Shown here in pieces: positions 1 to 10,485 of a stretch of 64,000 bases of DNA. Below the pieces are notes generated by a model. It worked only from the letters and a program-made list of their open reading frames with translations. It was not told the origin of the DNA and searched no databases. Every line of letters begins with the position of its first letter. Position 1 is the stretch's first letter. The position numbers and the translations under genes were made by a program. The stretch is from Nitrosopumilus sp. (lineage in GTDB: Archaea; Thermoproteota; Nitrososphaeria; Nitrososphaerales; Nitrosopumilaceae), in contig CBDBLX010000001.1 in assembly GCA_965207445.1 (NCBI GenBank), positions 57,041 through 121,040 of the forward strand, in the 5' to 3' direction.

Positions 1-1
1 A

Positions 2-688
2 ATTCATGGAAACGAGTCTACTCATTTTGAGATCAAAGGTGGAGAAGGAGACGGCAACGATACAATAGATCCCATTACGATAAGAATTCTAGCAAAGCCC
101 ACACCAACAAACAGTAGCAACAATACCAACACAAGACAAGCCATTCTAGGAGTCGACTCTAATGCCAAATTGTACACGATCATTGACAAGGACCAAGTAT
201 CAGTGGCATATAATGAAGGCGAGATAATAGAGTGCGTGCCCACTCGCATACAAGGCAGAAGTGTCACGCTAGACTCTAGCTCGTATATCAGAAGCATAAG
301 TAGTGAGAGTACAGATGAGCAAGCAACAGCAATAATGCCGACATTAAAAGATGTGCTAACACCCATACTCGATATAAAACCAGACGGCGGAATATACTGT
401 ATTGGTTGCGTCTTGTTTAATGCACCTGATATGCGAGAGATACTGACAAAAAATGGCGATACAATACGTATGGCTGAAGTTGGAATCGGAGATGGTTCTG
501 GTGAGGGTGTGATCAAAGCATGGAGAAACCAATCAACATTGTTTGAAAAATGCAATGTAGGAGACAAATACATCATAACAGGCATTAGAGCGCAGCAGGG
601 TATGGGTGAGGGTATGGTAGACCTGACGTTGACTGAATACTCTACGATTACACCAGAAGCATCTGTGAGAGAAGAGACACCACAGTAA
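2..688 (+). CDS. OB-fold single-stranded DNA-binding protein (RPA-like), 5'-truncated by window edge
   Basis: Frame of ORF 170..688 stays open back to position 2; C-terminal OB-fold pattern (REILTKNGDTIRMAEVGIGDGSGEGVIKAWRNQ). Confidence 0.75.
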   Translation: MHGNESTHFEIKGGEGDGNDTIDPITIRILAKPTPTNSSNNTNTRQAILGVDSNAKLYTIIDKDQVSVAYNEGEIIECVPTRIQGRSVTLDSSSYIRSISSESTDEQATAIMPTLKDVLTPILDIKPDGGIYCIGCVLFNAPDMREILTKNGDTIRMAEVGIGDGSGEGVIKAWRNQSTLFEKCNVGDKYIITGIRAQQGMGEGMVDLTLTEYSTITPEASVREETPQ

Positions 689-700
689 TGCTCAAAATCA

Positions 701-3544
701 CTAGTCCCAAAATCCACGCGTTGTGACATACTGTCTTTCTGCCTCATAGATCTGTTTGAAGAGATTATCTTCATCATCACTTATCATATTACGCAATATA
801 CGCGTAGCAGTATCAGCACCGATACCGTGCCCAGAGATGACCATTACAGCAACTTTACCAAAGGATTCTACGAGAGATGCCACTTTCCAAGCTCGATCAA
901 ACTTTTTCTTCTCCTCAAGGGTAATTTTGATTCCACCAACTCTTTTGCGAATGATACCAGACAGATTAATGTCAGAGTAATATGATGCCGTAATCTGTCC
1001 ACTACGACAGTGCGGACATTTCAATTTACCTATTATATCACACGTCTCTACAATCCTCTCCCATTTACCACATCGCATGCATATCATACGATGTTTAGTA
1101 TGTGTGATTCTGTTCTTGATGGAATCTAGTATGCGCTTGTCAAGTACAGCAGGTGACGAATAATATCTAGAGGTATGGTCTAGTATTGGAACTGCCAATT
1201 TTGAGAATCCATCTGTCGCCTCATTCCAATGTACCAAAATCTGGCCATTTTTAATACGATCAAGTATCATTTGGCATCCGTCGAGATCATACTTGTCATG
1301 AAATAGTTCTCGGAGTGCTTCTTTGACTATTGGTGTGTTTACATATTGATTGTACAAAAAGCGAGCAAACCTACGCTCATACATGTCACCTCGTCTTGTA
1401 GCACCAAATTTTTTTGCAGCACACCACACACGCCAATTAAGATTGTGAGTGCCTACAAGTGATGTGCCTATCACTTTTGGTAGGTCATAGTCATCTTGCA
1501 ACAAACGTAACAGTAAGAGTTCAGATATGCGTATAGATGATGAGGATAGAACGATACGATATCCATCTGAGCGAGAGTCTACTCGTGAATTTGAGAGTGC
1601 AGACAACATTGATGATAATAGTATTGCTAGAGTTGCATTGATACGACTTCCAAAACAGCAATGTAGTATGATAATACCTTGTAGTTTTTGAGATTCGACT
1701 ATAATACTACTATTTCCATTATTAATATAATTTTGATCAGTACTTTTTTGATCAGTAGAGTCGTAATTAGTATTATTATGAACAGTATGATTATGTTTAG
1801 CATTATGTTCATCCATCAAAGGAATGTCAAATGTTATCTCATCGAACACGTGATTCTGAGCAGTAACTTTTCCATCTTTGATCAATCCACGTAGCTCACC
1901 CACCCTATACGCAGTCTTGTAATCAATTGGCATCGTCTCCCCCTCCCAATAAGGAACTGTCTTTGAAGCCGCACCTGACATATGTGGCCCAAGCGGCTCG
2001 ACATTTACCGTAAATGACTTTTCATCCACATGTAGTATTCGCCACTGTGAACCACGAAGCACAAAGATGTTGCCTTGCTCACCATGATCACCAACAAACC
2101 TTTGATCAAGTGTTCCCATCCTTTTTCTGCCCACAGTATCAAATACCTTAAAGCGCAACATATCAGGTATAGTAGAGAGATTCTCAAAGTGATATGTAAT
2201 GTACCGTCCACTTTTGATAAATGTCATATTTTCACGATCATATATAATGAGTCTACTCTGATCAAGTTGTTCTAGTACTTGGGAGAATGTCTCTAATTCT
2301 AAGTTGTGGTATGGATATGCCTTTTTTATCATATCTAGTGCTGCATTAATTTTTATCTTGTGTGAGCCTGCTTGAATAGACAGTCCTATCATGTGGTGTG
2401 CCAAGACATCAAGCGCATTGAAATGCAGGTGTTGTTGTTCAATTGAGCCATTGTGTATGCGCTCTAAAATTGACATTGCTTCTAGCTCATCATCAGCACT
2501 GTTGGTTATGATTAATCCACGCGCAGAATCCCTGTTATGCCTGCTGCGGCCTATTCGTTGAATAAACTTTGAGACTTGCCGAGGAGAGCCATAATGAACA
2601 ACCAACTCTACAGAGCCAATATCAATTCCTAGTTCAAGTGAGGAGGTACAGACTATAATACGCAGTCCTGTGCCCTCACGCAACAAGTGTTCTGTATCCT
2701 CTCTGACACTTTTTGATAATGAACCGTGGTGCAACTCGACTGGTGTTGTGGCTATCTCTTTTAGTACAGACGCCAAAAACTCAGCTTCTCCTCTAGTGTT
2801 TGTAAATAGCAAGACAGGGGAGTCTAAATTGTACTCTTTGATACGATCATATATTGCGCGCGCAATATCAGATATTGAACCACTCTCATACACGATATCA
2901 ACATCATACTGGCGTAGCGTTCTGTCTTGTATGACACGACAGGGCCTATTCGTACCAGAAACAAACTTTGCAGCATCAGAAATATTCCCGACAGTAGCAG
3001 ATAATCCAATACGTGTTAATGGATGACGTGCATTTAATTCGAGTCGTTCTAAACTCAAAGAGAGTTGAGAGCCACGCTTGTTTGATAGCATCTCGTGGAC
3101 CTCATCAATTACAACCCACTGTAAACTTGCAAGTGGCAACAACATCTTTGGCTGTGAGAGTAATACTACTAGTGTCTCTGGAGTTGTGATTAGTATATCA
3201 GGTGGATTCTCTGTAATCTTTTTGCGCTGACTCTGGGGCGTATCCCCATGCCGGATTCCAATTGTAAGATTGCAATTTTTAGCATATGTGGTTATACGAC
3301 GAAAGACGTCCTTGTTTAGAGCACGAAGTGGTGTGATGTATAATATTTGGATGCCATCATGTTTTGTTTTTTGTAGTGATTCTGATACTATAGTGAATAT
3401 TGGAATTACAGAGCATTCGGTCTTGCCTGAGCCGGTGGGTGCCACAACCAAGCAGTCACGTTTTTGAAGTATGAGAGGAGATGCTTTTGATTGTATAGTA
3501 GTTAGTCTCTCAAAGCCAAATTTTGCAAAAAGAGATTCAATCAC
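701..3544 (-). CDS. lhr: Lhr-like SF2 DEAD/DEAH-box helicase
   Basis: APTGSGKT, DEVH, SAT, QRIGRS motifs; C-terminal CxxC pairs. Likely start is GTG 3544, overlapping the upstream stop (ORF track extends to 3721). Confidence 0.9.
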   Translation of the reverse strand: MIESLFAKFGFERLTTIQSKASPLILQKRDCLVVAPTGSGKTECSVIPIFTIVSESLQKTKHDGIQILYITPLRALNKDVFRRITTYAKNCNLTIGIRHGDTPQSQRKKITENPPDILITTPETLVVLLSQPKMLLPLASLQWVVIDEVHEMLSNKRGSQLSLSLERLELNARHPLTRIGLSATVGNISDAAKFVSGTNRPCRVIQDRTLRQYDVDIVYESGSISDIARAIYDRIKEYNLDSPVLLFTNTRGEAEFLASVLKEIATTPVELHHGSLSKSVREDTEHLLREGTGLRIIVCTSSLELGIDIGSVELVVHYGSPRQVSKFIQRIGRSRHNRDSARGLIITNSADDELEAMSILERIHNGSIEQQHLHFNALDVLAHHMIGLSIQAGSHKIKINAALDMIKKAYPYHNLELETFSQVLEQLDQSRLIIYDRENMTFIKSGRYITYHFENLSTIPDMLRFKVFDTVGRKRMGTLDQRFVGDHGEQGNIFVLRGSQWRILHVDEKSFTVNVEPLGPHMSGAASKTVPYWEGETMPIDYKTAYRVGELRGLIKDGKVTAQNHVFDEITFDIPLMDEHNAKHNHTVHNNTNYDSTDQKSTDQNYINNGNSSIIVESQKLQGIIILHCCFGSRINATLAILLSSMLSALSNSRVDSRSDGYRIVLSSSSIRISELLLLRLLQDDYDLPKVIGTSLVGTHNLNWRVWCAAKKFGATRRGDMYERRFARFLYNQYVNTPIVKEALRELFHDKYDLDGCQMILDRIKNGQILVHWNEATDGFSKLAVPILDHTSRYYSSPAVLDKRILDSIKNRITHTKHRMICMRCGKWERIVETCDIIGKLKCPHCRSGQITASYYSDINLSGIIRKRVGGIKITLEEKKKFDRAWKVASLVESFGKVAVMVISGHGIGADTATRILRNMISDDEDNLFKQIYEAERQYVTTRGFWD

Positions 3545-3797
3545 TTGATTTTTTGACTTTGTTTTGGTTGCTGGATTTTGACTTTGTTTTGGTTGTGATG
3601 TTGTCTGAGGTAGTGTTGTTGTCTGAGGTGCTAATGGTTGTTTTTTCTTTTCCAGATGTGTGTTCTCTTTTTTTGACTTTTCTATCAGAGTCATTAATAG
3701 GGCTTGTTCTTGCTCGCTCATATAGAATTGCTCCTACCAGCCCAGCAGCAAACAACACAGTGCATATAATTGGAATATAATCAAATATTTCTGTCAT
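3537..3797 (-). CDS. small membrane protein (single N-terminal TM helix, low-complexity tail)
   Basis: Hydrophobic IPIICTVLFAAGLVGAILY segment; stop overlaps the probable lhr start. Confidence 0.6.
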   Translation of the reverse strand: MTEIFDYIPIICTVLFAAGLVGAILYERARTSPINDSDRKVKKREHTSGKEKTTISTSDNNTTSDNITTKTKSKSSNQNKVKKSSD

Positions 3798-4239
3798 GTT
3801 AGGGTTTTTGATAACTACCGTTAAAAATCTTAAGATTGACCAGCAATCTTGTAACTATTTTACGGCATGAGTAATAAAGCAACTAAAAAATCGCAATGAC
3901 GCGTGACTTTAATCTGTGTTAGAATTTGTGAGTGTCATCATATCAAACATAATTCCTCTCAAATGGTATTGTAAGCTCAAAAAAAAAGAATCAAAATTGA
4001 TCTCAATTATACAAAACACACAAGTGTAAAAATACACCAAATAGTTGGACATAAAATTAGAGTAAAAAATACAATCTAAAAAATATTATATGTCTACATT
4101 TAATATATATTTAATATACATTTAATATATATTCAACACACATGCACAATACTCATAATCATTTCTCACTAAACCAAACATCAACAAACTTTACCAGTAA
4201 CCGTTCAACCCCCCCCCCCCCCCCCCCCACCTCACACTG

Positions 4240-5017
4240 TAACACTACACAAAACTGCCCAGTACAATTGTCTTGATTGTGGTGCAAAATTTCAAGCTAA
4301 AAATAACCTTCCACCAAACGGTCAGTTCGATTACTCTGTAATTCGCTATGTGGCATATCAACTCTCGCACAGAAAGACTCCTAAAATATTTCACAAGATT
4401 TTAAGAACCTGTACAAACTAGACGTTTCTGATACGACAATTCGTAATATATACGACCGTCAAACTATACTGCTAAAACCCATAAGAGATGGTTTCATGGC
4501 TGAATTAGAAAAATCACAGTCAGTAATCATGAATGAGACCGAATACAAAGGTGAGCCCAAAAGATGGATAATGGCAGTTAGAAACGATGACACCGTAGCG
4601 TACCTGCACTCTCAGAATCGTAGTACAACAGATCTCATAGCACAGGCCGAAAACTGTATTGGTGCAATAAGTCGAGATGGATACCGCGGATATGATACTG
4701 TATTTCCAAATCACATAAAACAGCGCTGCACACAACACATTGTGCAGGAGAGTGGAACCATTTCAAATCGTAGTGAACTTGAATCTGCTACCAATTTGTA
4801 TAATGAGTTGAACAAAAAATTTATCGCGTTGCGCAAATGGACTCGTGGCAACTACTCTTTAAAGAGTAGGCGTTCATATGTTACAAAACTTCAAAAATGG
4901 TTGTGTGGTATAATATCTAGATACAAAAAAAGCAGGTATGAAATAATGAAAAAGTTTGGCACCACACTAGAAAACACAGCGCCCGAACTATTTACATTTG
5001 TTTTGTATCCAATTATA
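4240..5017 (+). pseudogene. IS66-family transposase remnant, interrupted at 5017 and resuming at about 6698-6900
   Basis: YNCLDCG zinc-finger relic, ISRDGY and QRC motifs, ELFTFVLYP; continuation TTNLGEQSMKPV lies beyond the nested IS. Confidence 0.8.
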
Positions 5018-6688
5018 GAGGTTGGTGCGTAATTGACATTTGGCCTCCTGTGACCCTTCTGTGAGCTTGGTTTATTGCACATTCAATCTACAAAAGACTG
5101 AAACCTATCTATAGTGCGTTTCGTTTTTGAATATGCATGTGTGTTTTAGCAGACAGATTATAGAACATAAAACGTGCAAGTGTGATAGCAGTCACTATCA
5201 TTGGTATGATGGAATTTTTTGCCCTTTTTCATGAGCGCAGATAAATCTGTTCAGGACGTTGATGTTCCATGCAATCGATAGTATTTTACCAAACCGCTTT
5301 TGATTTTTGGCCAGACGCATACGACAGTGTAGCCTGTGATTCTTTGTCTCTTCTGCTCCAAATATTGCCTCGATAAGTGCGCGTTGTTTGTATGCATCTT
5401 GGTCAAAGATCTCCGCTGCTTTTTTTCTGCTTGGTTTACCACGGTTTGTATTACCTGCGCCATCTGTATGATTGCGCTGCTTTATGTTCGGTTTCATGTT
5501 TGCATTGAATATTATCTCACAGTTTTGATCCGAGTCATATCCCTTGTCTCCGTTGAATAAGCGTTCTTCAATCTGTGTATAGTTTTTTACGAGAAAGCTG
5601 ACCATATATGGAAGCATTGACGTGTCACTCACATTGCTTGGAGTTGTGTATGATGCAAGTACGATCTGGTGTCCGGTTATCGCAGTAATGTGATATTTTA
5701 GGTACGTCTTGATGCGTGTCGGCTCAAAGTCTTGTAGTACATGATTAGGTCTTTCTTGTTTTTCGTACCTGTCAGTCTCTACCCCACTACTGTCTATCCC
5801 AATCGGAGCGGTAGGTCCTTTTTTTACGTCTTGTTTACCGCTCTCAAAATCCTCGGATCCGTGCGTAAGTATGGACTCTTTGTCTTTTATCGGTACCGGA
5901 TCTGTCCCAGATTTTTCAAGTTCATCTAGACACATATTGGCAGTATATGCTAAAATAGAATCAAGCCAGTCGAGATCAATTGTTTGCATATGTTTGGTTA
6001 CCCAACTATAATCAGGCTTCGTCTCGTCAACCCATTCATCATGCATATGTCCAAGCTCATTTACCACGTCACGAAAAGGAATATTTTTTGCAACTTTTAA
6101 AAGACACAAAAAATCCATCTTGTCACGAGAGTGTACCGGCTTGCATCCTCTATTTGTTTTCTTTTCCTTGCACGGATGTGGGTTTTTTCGTATCGCCGAC
6201 AGCAAGGTCTTGCGCATAAAATCCGGCTCAGATTTGCGTGCCTGTTCGTAATACTGCCAATAACCTTCGCGTCGCTTGTGCTGCTCTGTCACTATACGGT
6301 CTGCTTCCATAATCTGTTCTTATTTGAGACCCACCCACTAAATTTACACAAACAACAAGCAGGCGCCACATTCATCACAAACCATGCATTGTAATGGGCG
6401 ACATTCTGTGTAGTATAGCATGTTGTGGCAACCCACCATATGTCGTCGTTCCACCACACTTCACAAACGATACGTTGATAACATTGGCTAGTCAACGTTG
6501 TTTAGCATCCCCTCTGTTATTATCACAATTATTCAATTGGGATGCCCCTATAAGTAACTTTTGGTATGCGCGCAGATACTTTTATATATGAGCTTATTAA
6601 ATATATGTACATAAAACTCTGGCGATATTTGCAGATGGCTTTGCAAGTACGGTGCAGGTGGCGATTTGATGAATTACGCACCAACCAC
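5018..6688 (-). mobile_element. nested IS (IS4/IS5-superfamily DDE), 1671 bp
   Basis: 17-bp TIR GAGGTTGGTGCGTAATT / AATTACGCACCAACCAC (1 mismatch); 9-bp TSD CCAATTATA at 5009-5017 and 6689-6697. Confidence 0.85.
5198..6310 (-). CDS. DDE transposase (IS4/IS5 superfamily)
   Basis: IDSSG, DKGYD and YKQRALIEAIFG motifs. Confidence 0.9.
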   Translation of the reverse strand: MEADRIVTEQHKRREGYWQYYEQARKSEPDFMRKTLLSAIRKNPHPCKEKKTNRGCKPVHSRDKMDFLCLLKVAKNIPFRDVVNELGHMHDEWVDETKPDYSWVTKHMQTIDLDWLDSILAYTANMCLDELEKSGTDPVPIKDKESILTHGSEDFESGKQDVKKGPTAPIGIDSSGVETDRYEKQERPNHVLQDFEPTRIKTYLKYHITAITGHQIVLASYTTPSNVSDTSMLPYMVSFLVKNYTQIEERLFNGDKGYDSDQNCEIIFNANMKPNIKQRNHTDGAGNTNRGKPSRKKAAEIFDQDAYKQRALIEAIFGAEETKNHRLHCRMRLAKNQKRFGKILSIAWNINVLNRFICAHEKGQKIPSYQ

Positions 6689-6697
6689 CCAATTATA

Positions 6698-6900
6698 CCA
6701 CAAATCTTGGAGAACAGTCAATGAAACCTGTAATAGGTCAGAGGAACAGTCGTCTGCAGTTGAAGAGTGACAAGGGGCAGAAAATCTCTGTGTAATATTT
6801 AGTTGTGTTGAGACGTGGAAGATGCGTGGACTAAATGTTTAGTAGTTGTGTAAAACTATTGGTCCATCGTCTGATGATATATCTTAAAAATATATGATCT
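6698..6900 (+). pseudogene. IS66 transposase C-terminal remnant
   Basis: TTNLGEQSMKPV..QRNSRLQLKSDKG; near-identical to the reverse complement of 58460-58670. Confidence 0.75.
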
Positions 6901-7404
6901 TGTTATTATGCCAAAATAGGTTGGTTCATACCACAAAATCCATGGGCGACACACCACCTGCTTCCATGTCTGTGGCAGGCAAATGGGTGGAGTCGGCCCG
7001 ACGGTTGTTGTGTAGAGGCGCTTCCATGTTTCTCTAGTTACGCATGTCTACGCAGTGCGTCCCGAAATTCGCGTGCTGTCAAGTTGGTGTGTGATGGTGT
7101 ATCCGTAAGTACATACGAACTTGACGCTCCCTCCCACCAACCAACTCTGTTTCCTAATTGTACCTGTAGATACACCATTTGTCATCCGACAGAGACTCGG
7201 CAGGCGTCATGAGGCGAGTTAGAAAACAAAGATTCCCTACCAAATAGTTTACAAAGAGTAGATGCGGTAGAAAAATTTCACTATCCTGCAAGAATGGTAA
7301 TCGGTAGGAACAACACTGTTATCGACAGTTAATGCAAGGATCTTCAAAAGACACTCCGGATTTGGAAAGACCTCCTTATATAACGCAGGATGCGAGGATA
7401 TACA

Positions 7405-8211
7405 ATGACTGCAAAACGTACAAAAACAGCTTTGATTCTATGCATGCTTGCAACGTTTGCTATGGCTTCGGTGCAATATACGGCTGCAATTAGCAGTGAC
7501 ACGCCGCAACACGTTGATGATTCCCGGATGGTTACTTTTCTTGACAATGTGATTGACAAAACCGGAACAACCATAACCGAACACACGCTTGATGACTCGT
7601 CTGTTGTTACTGTTACAAATACCGTAACGCCTACAGGGAGTAACACGTACATAGTACAGTCGATAGCTGCTTATCGTGGTGTCACTATTAACAACGAAAC
7701 CATTACAGTTACGGAGAATGCCGACAACACGATCCATATGATCAACGAAAAGCACGGATTTAATGTCGTGTTTGGCCGTGGGGACAGTAGTGGTTTTAAT
7801 GAGCATGGACAGATACAGGTACGCAACTCAAAAACCATTCACCCCCTAGGTAGTGGAAGTTCGGACATATCAGGCGCCAAAGTGGATCTGTATGATAGTG
7901 GCTACAAGGCAACGTGGGAGGAACTACTGCGCTTGGAAGACCGTTATGAACAGTGTAATCTTAGAGATTACGAGACTTCCGCAGTTGTATTAGGCAACGA
8001 CTATTCGACAACTGTCCACTGGAACTTTGATCAGTTTTATTTCCATTGGTGCATACTAGGACACTCTGTAGACAACGGTGAAATATCGTTCCAAGGAAAC
8101 ACGTATGAGTGGTCTGGAAGCAGTAACCGAGCAGACTATCGCGACTTCTCGCACGGGTCAAACACGGGTTCGTTCAGAGTAGAGGCTGACGCATGGTATG
8201 GAAGCTGGTAA
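7405..8211 (+). CDS. secreted protein of unknown function
   Basis: Signal-peptide-like MTAKRTKTALILCMLATFAMA; TATA-like TTATATAA just upstream; beta-rich, Trp-rich C-terminus. Confidence 0.75.
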   Translation: MTAKRTKTALILCMLATFAMASVQYTAAISSDTPQHVDDSRMVTFLDNVIDKTGTTITEHTLDDSSVVTVTNTVTPTGSNTYIVQSIAAYRGVTINNETITVTENADNTIHMINEKHGFNVVFGRGDSSGFNEHGQIQVRNSKTIHPLGSGSSDISGAKVDLYDSGYKATWEELLRLEDRYEQCNLRDYETSAVVLGNDYSTTVHWNFDQFYFHWCILGHSVDNGEISFQGNTYEWSGSSNRADYRDFSHGSNTGSFRVEADAWYGSW

Positions 8212-8521
8212 GTTCCATCTACTCCCTTTATTTTCTTGGAAGTTCTTTGCACATTGTGCGGTTTTCATCACTAGTATTGGCTGGTCGTTCTATCTAGTTC
8301 AAATGGCATTTTTGGCGGTCAGTGGATCATTCTTTGATCTGGAATATTATCTTACATCCCGTCTTGGCCATGTAGATTTTATATTAATCTACGCGACAAT
8401 AACATTTCTCGTAATATTCGGATTGTTCAAAAAGAACATGCTAAAAAAAAATATGTCTTTTATTTTGATTTGTGTGGCTGTGGTTCTTAATCTCGTCTTA
8501 AGGTTGACTGTTATGGCATGA
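8198..8521 (+). CDS. small multi-TM membrane protein
   Basis: 107 aa, about 3 hydrophobic segments; start overlaps the end of the upstream gene. Confidence 0.65.
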   Translation: MEAGKFHLLPLFSWKFFAHCAVFITSIGWSFYLVQMAFLAVSGSFFDLEYYLTSRLGHVDFILIYATITFLVIFGLFKKNMLKKNMSFILICVAVVLNLVLRLTVMA

Positions 8522-9225
8522 ATTCGGCCTTTGGTACCCTGTGGGGGTAACAAGGTGGTTTCCTTATGCTGTTCAGCGCTCTCAAGAGGTGATCATGATG
8601 TCGTTGCGGACATCTCTCTGTCCGATGCCTCCAATCTCCTAGATTTTGTCGTTAGCGTCCGTGTACCAGTTTATACAGGGACTAAAGTCTGCATGATCTG
8701 CCTACTTGTTCGCACGTCTACGGGTCACGCAGACTTTACAGTCCATCCTGTAGTGATTGACATAGGTTCACGCCAATTGCCACTTCTCAGTCGTTTGGAT
8801 GTTGGTCTTCTGTTGCTGACTAACGTACCTAGCGCCTCAATCCACTTCTCGCAGAGTTCGAATTGAGACCAACTCGAACCCATCTGGCAGGATTAAATCT
8901 TACTTTGCCCCGAACCTGCATGTTGACAGGCACGAATCCGGATGGCAAAATTCGAGCTGAAACCGATTCGAAAAACGTGATAGCGGGCCTAAAGGTGTTC
9001 GGACCCCAATTGGGGTGCGAATACCCAACACATGACGGCAGAAAGCGAACCGGGACGCTTACAGTATACATACCCCTTTTTCATTTGTGTATGTATTTGA
9101 TCTGATTGAGTTTAAGCATTTATCAAGGGCGTGTGATACACTGTACACTGCAGTGCGCAAACCAACTTCTACATATGATTGCGTCTTTGTGAGATGTTCT
9201 GCGTCTCCGGGCTGGATTTAGAAGC

Positions 9226-9306
9226 GTAACCGTTCAACCCCTTCCCAAATTTTGGCACAAATTCACCGCCTAACGTCTGGCGCAGGTACAGGGGTGGAAC
9301 GGTTAC
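9226..9306. mobile_element. 81-bp IS66-type MITE, copy 1
   Basis: 16-bp TIR GTAACCGTTCAACCCC...GGGGTGGAACGGTTAC; near-identical copy at 22547-22627. Confidence 0.85.
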
Positions 9307-10151
9307 ACTTTACCATACTCAAAGGTTTGTATACCAGACGTTAAAATTTTATATGAAAATATAGCATCAGCATCCTTTTTAGAATTAATATTATGATCAT
9401 GATATGTAGTAACGGTTTTCTGTTGATTAAAATAATTATCATATATGGCACACGATACATACCCATACAGCTGTTTTTTTTGTGCAACAGTATCTTTTTC
9501 ACTTATCAAATGTATCTTTATGTGTGAAAAGAGATCAACTTCTGCGGCCATATTCTCGACCTCTTTGTCATCAAAGACACGTACCATATTACTAGTCATT
9601 ACAGTCACACCATAATGTACTGCAAGTCTTGCCAAATTGCGCATATATCTGAAAAATTTTTGACTCTTTTCTCGCAAATCTCCATACCGGCTGTATTCGT
9701 ATGAAAACAAATCAGTCAAGCTATCAATCACTACCAGATCAAAAGGACAATTACCATAAAGTAATTTTTCTACCAATCTCATCTGCTCTGATACACTCTG
9801 CACTCTGGCAACAGATATTGCATCAAGTATGTCAGTTATACTATTGACATGTTGCTGTTCGGATATCTTGTCATTTTGGCCGTTATTTTGGTTGAGACTT
9901 GTTGCCATCTCCATTATCCTCTCTGGCCTAAACGTACCTGCAGTATCCACATACAACACACGTCTGCGCTCACCATATATGGCAAACCTACAAGCAGCCT
10001 GCAGTAACATCTGAGTCTTACCAGTACCGTGTCTGCCAAACACATCTACAATAACACCAGACGGAATCCCACCTCCAAACATATCATCCAAAACATCCAC
10101 ACCAACTGCAACAACACGTCTACTAGTTGATCTATCTGTCAATTCGATCAC
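9303..10151 (-). CDS. radB: RadA/RadB-family recombinase paralog
   Basis: LDDMFGGG, Walker A GRHGTGKT, YVDTAGTFRPERI, Walker B LVVIDS. Confidence 0.75.
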   Translation of the reverse strand: MIELTDRSTSRRVVAVGVDVLDDMFGGGIPSGVIVDVFGRHGTGKTQMLLQAACRFAIYGERRRVLYVDTAGTFRPERIMEMATSLNQNNGQNDKISEQQHVNSITDILDAISVARVQSVSEQMRLVEKLLYGNCPFDLVVIDSLTDLFSYEYSRYGDLREKSQKFFRYMRNLARLAVHYGVTVMTSNMVRVFDDKEVENMAAEVDLFSHIKIHLISEKDTVAQKKQLYGYVSCAIYDNYFNQQKTVTTYHDHNINSKKDADAIFSYKILTSGIQTFEYGKV

Positions 10152-10200
10152 AAAACTGATCTACACAGCACAACACATAAGGCTTTTATTCAAGACTTTC

Positions 10201-10470
10201 ATGCACAAATCAAGTGAAAAATTAGTGTCCCAGACCAATACAGCAAAGAGACCATTGACTACTCTACAAAAAAACACAAAGAGACTAGTCACAGTCAGGC
10301 TAAAAAATGAAGTAGAATACAAAGGCAGAATGAGCAACATTGATGCATACATGAACCTAATCATGGTTGATGCTGAAGAGTTGCACAATGGTAAAACAAT
10401 AGCAAATTACGGCAGAGTTATAGTTAGAGGAAATAACGTACTGTTCATAAAACTAGAAGATGAACTATGA
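10201..10470 (+). CDS. Sm/Lsm-like archaeal RNA-binding protein
   Basis: Sm1 (VTVRLKN..YKG..IDAYMNL) and Sm2 (VIVRGNNV) motifs. Confidence 0.92.
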   Translation: MHKSSEKLVSQTNTAKRPLTTLQKNTKRLVTVRLKNEVEYKGRMSNIDAYMNLIMVDAEELHNGKTIANYGRVIVRGNNVLFIKLEDEL

Positions 10471-10485
10471 CTCGAGGCATTAATC

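Larger units (their letters stand above)
4197..9306. mobile_element. IS66-ended composite/cargo transposon (5.1 kb)
   Basis: Left end GTAACCGTTCAACCCC at 4197, right end GGGGTGGAACGGTTAC ending 9306; direct repeat ACTTTACCA at 4188-4196 and 9307-9315. Confidence 0.85.

Noticed and set aside
22..780. Antisense ORF of 252 aa, and the many similar shadow ORFs
   Set aside because: They lie opposite or within well-supported genes and lack motifs
3545..3721. Long N-terminal extension of Lhr in the ORF track
   Set aside because: It overlaps a plausible membrane-protein gene on the same strand; GTG 3544 gives normal translational coupling
4209..4228. Poly-C tract as a phase-variation switch
   Set aside because: It lies in decayed IS sequence with no intact gene under its control, and may be a homopolymer artefact
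8531..9105. ORFs 8531-8866, 8829-9071 and 8863-9105
   Set aside because: No recognisable motifs; the region contains an IS66-type end at 9062 and looks like decayed mobile DNA
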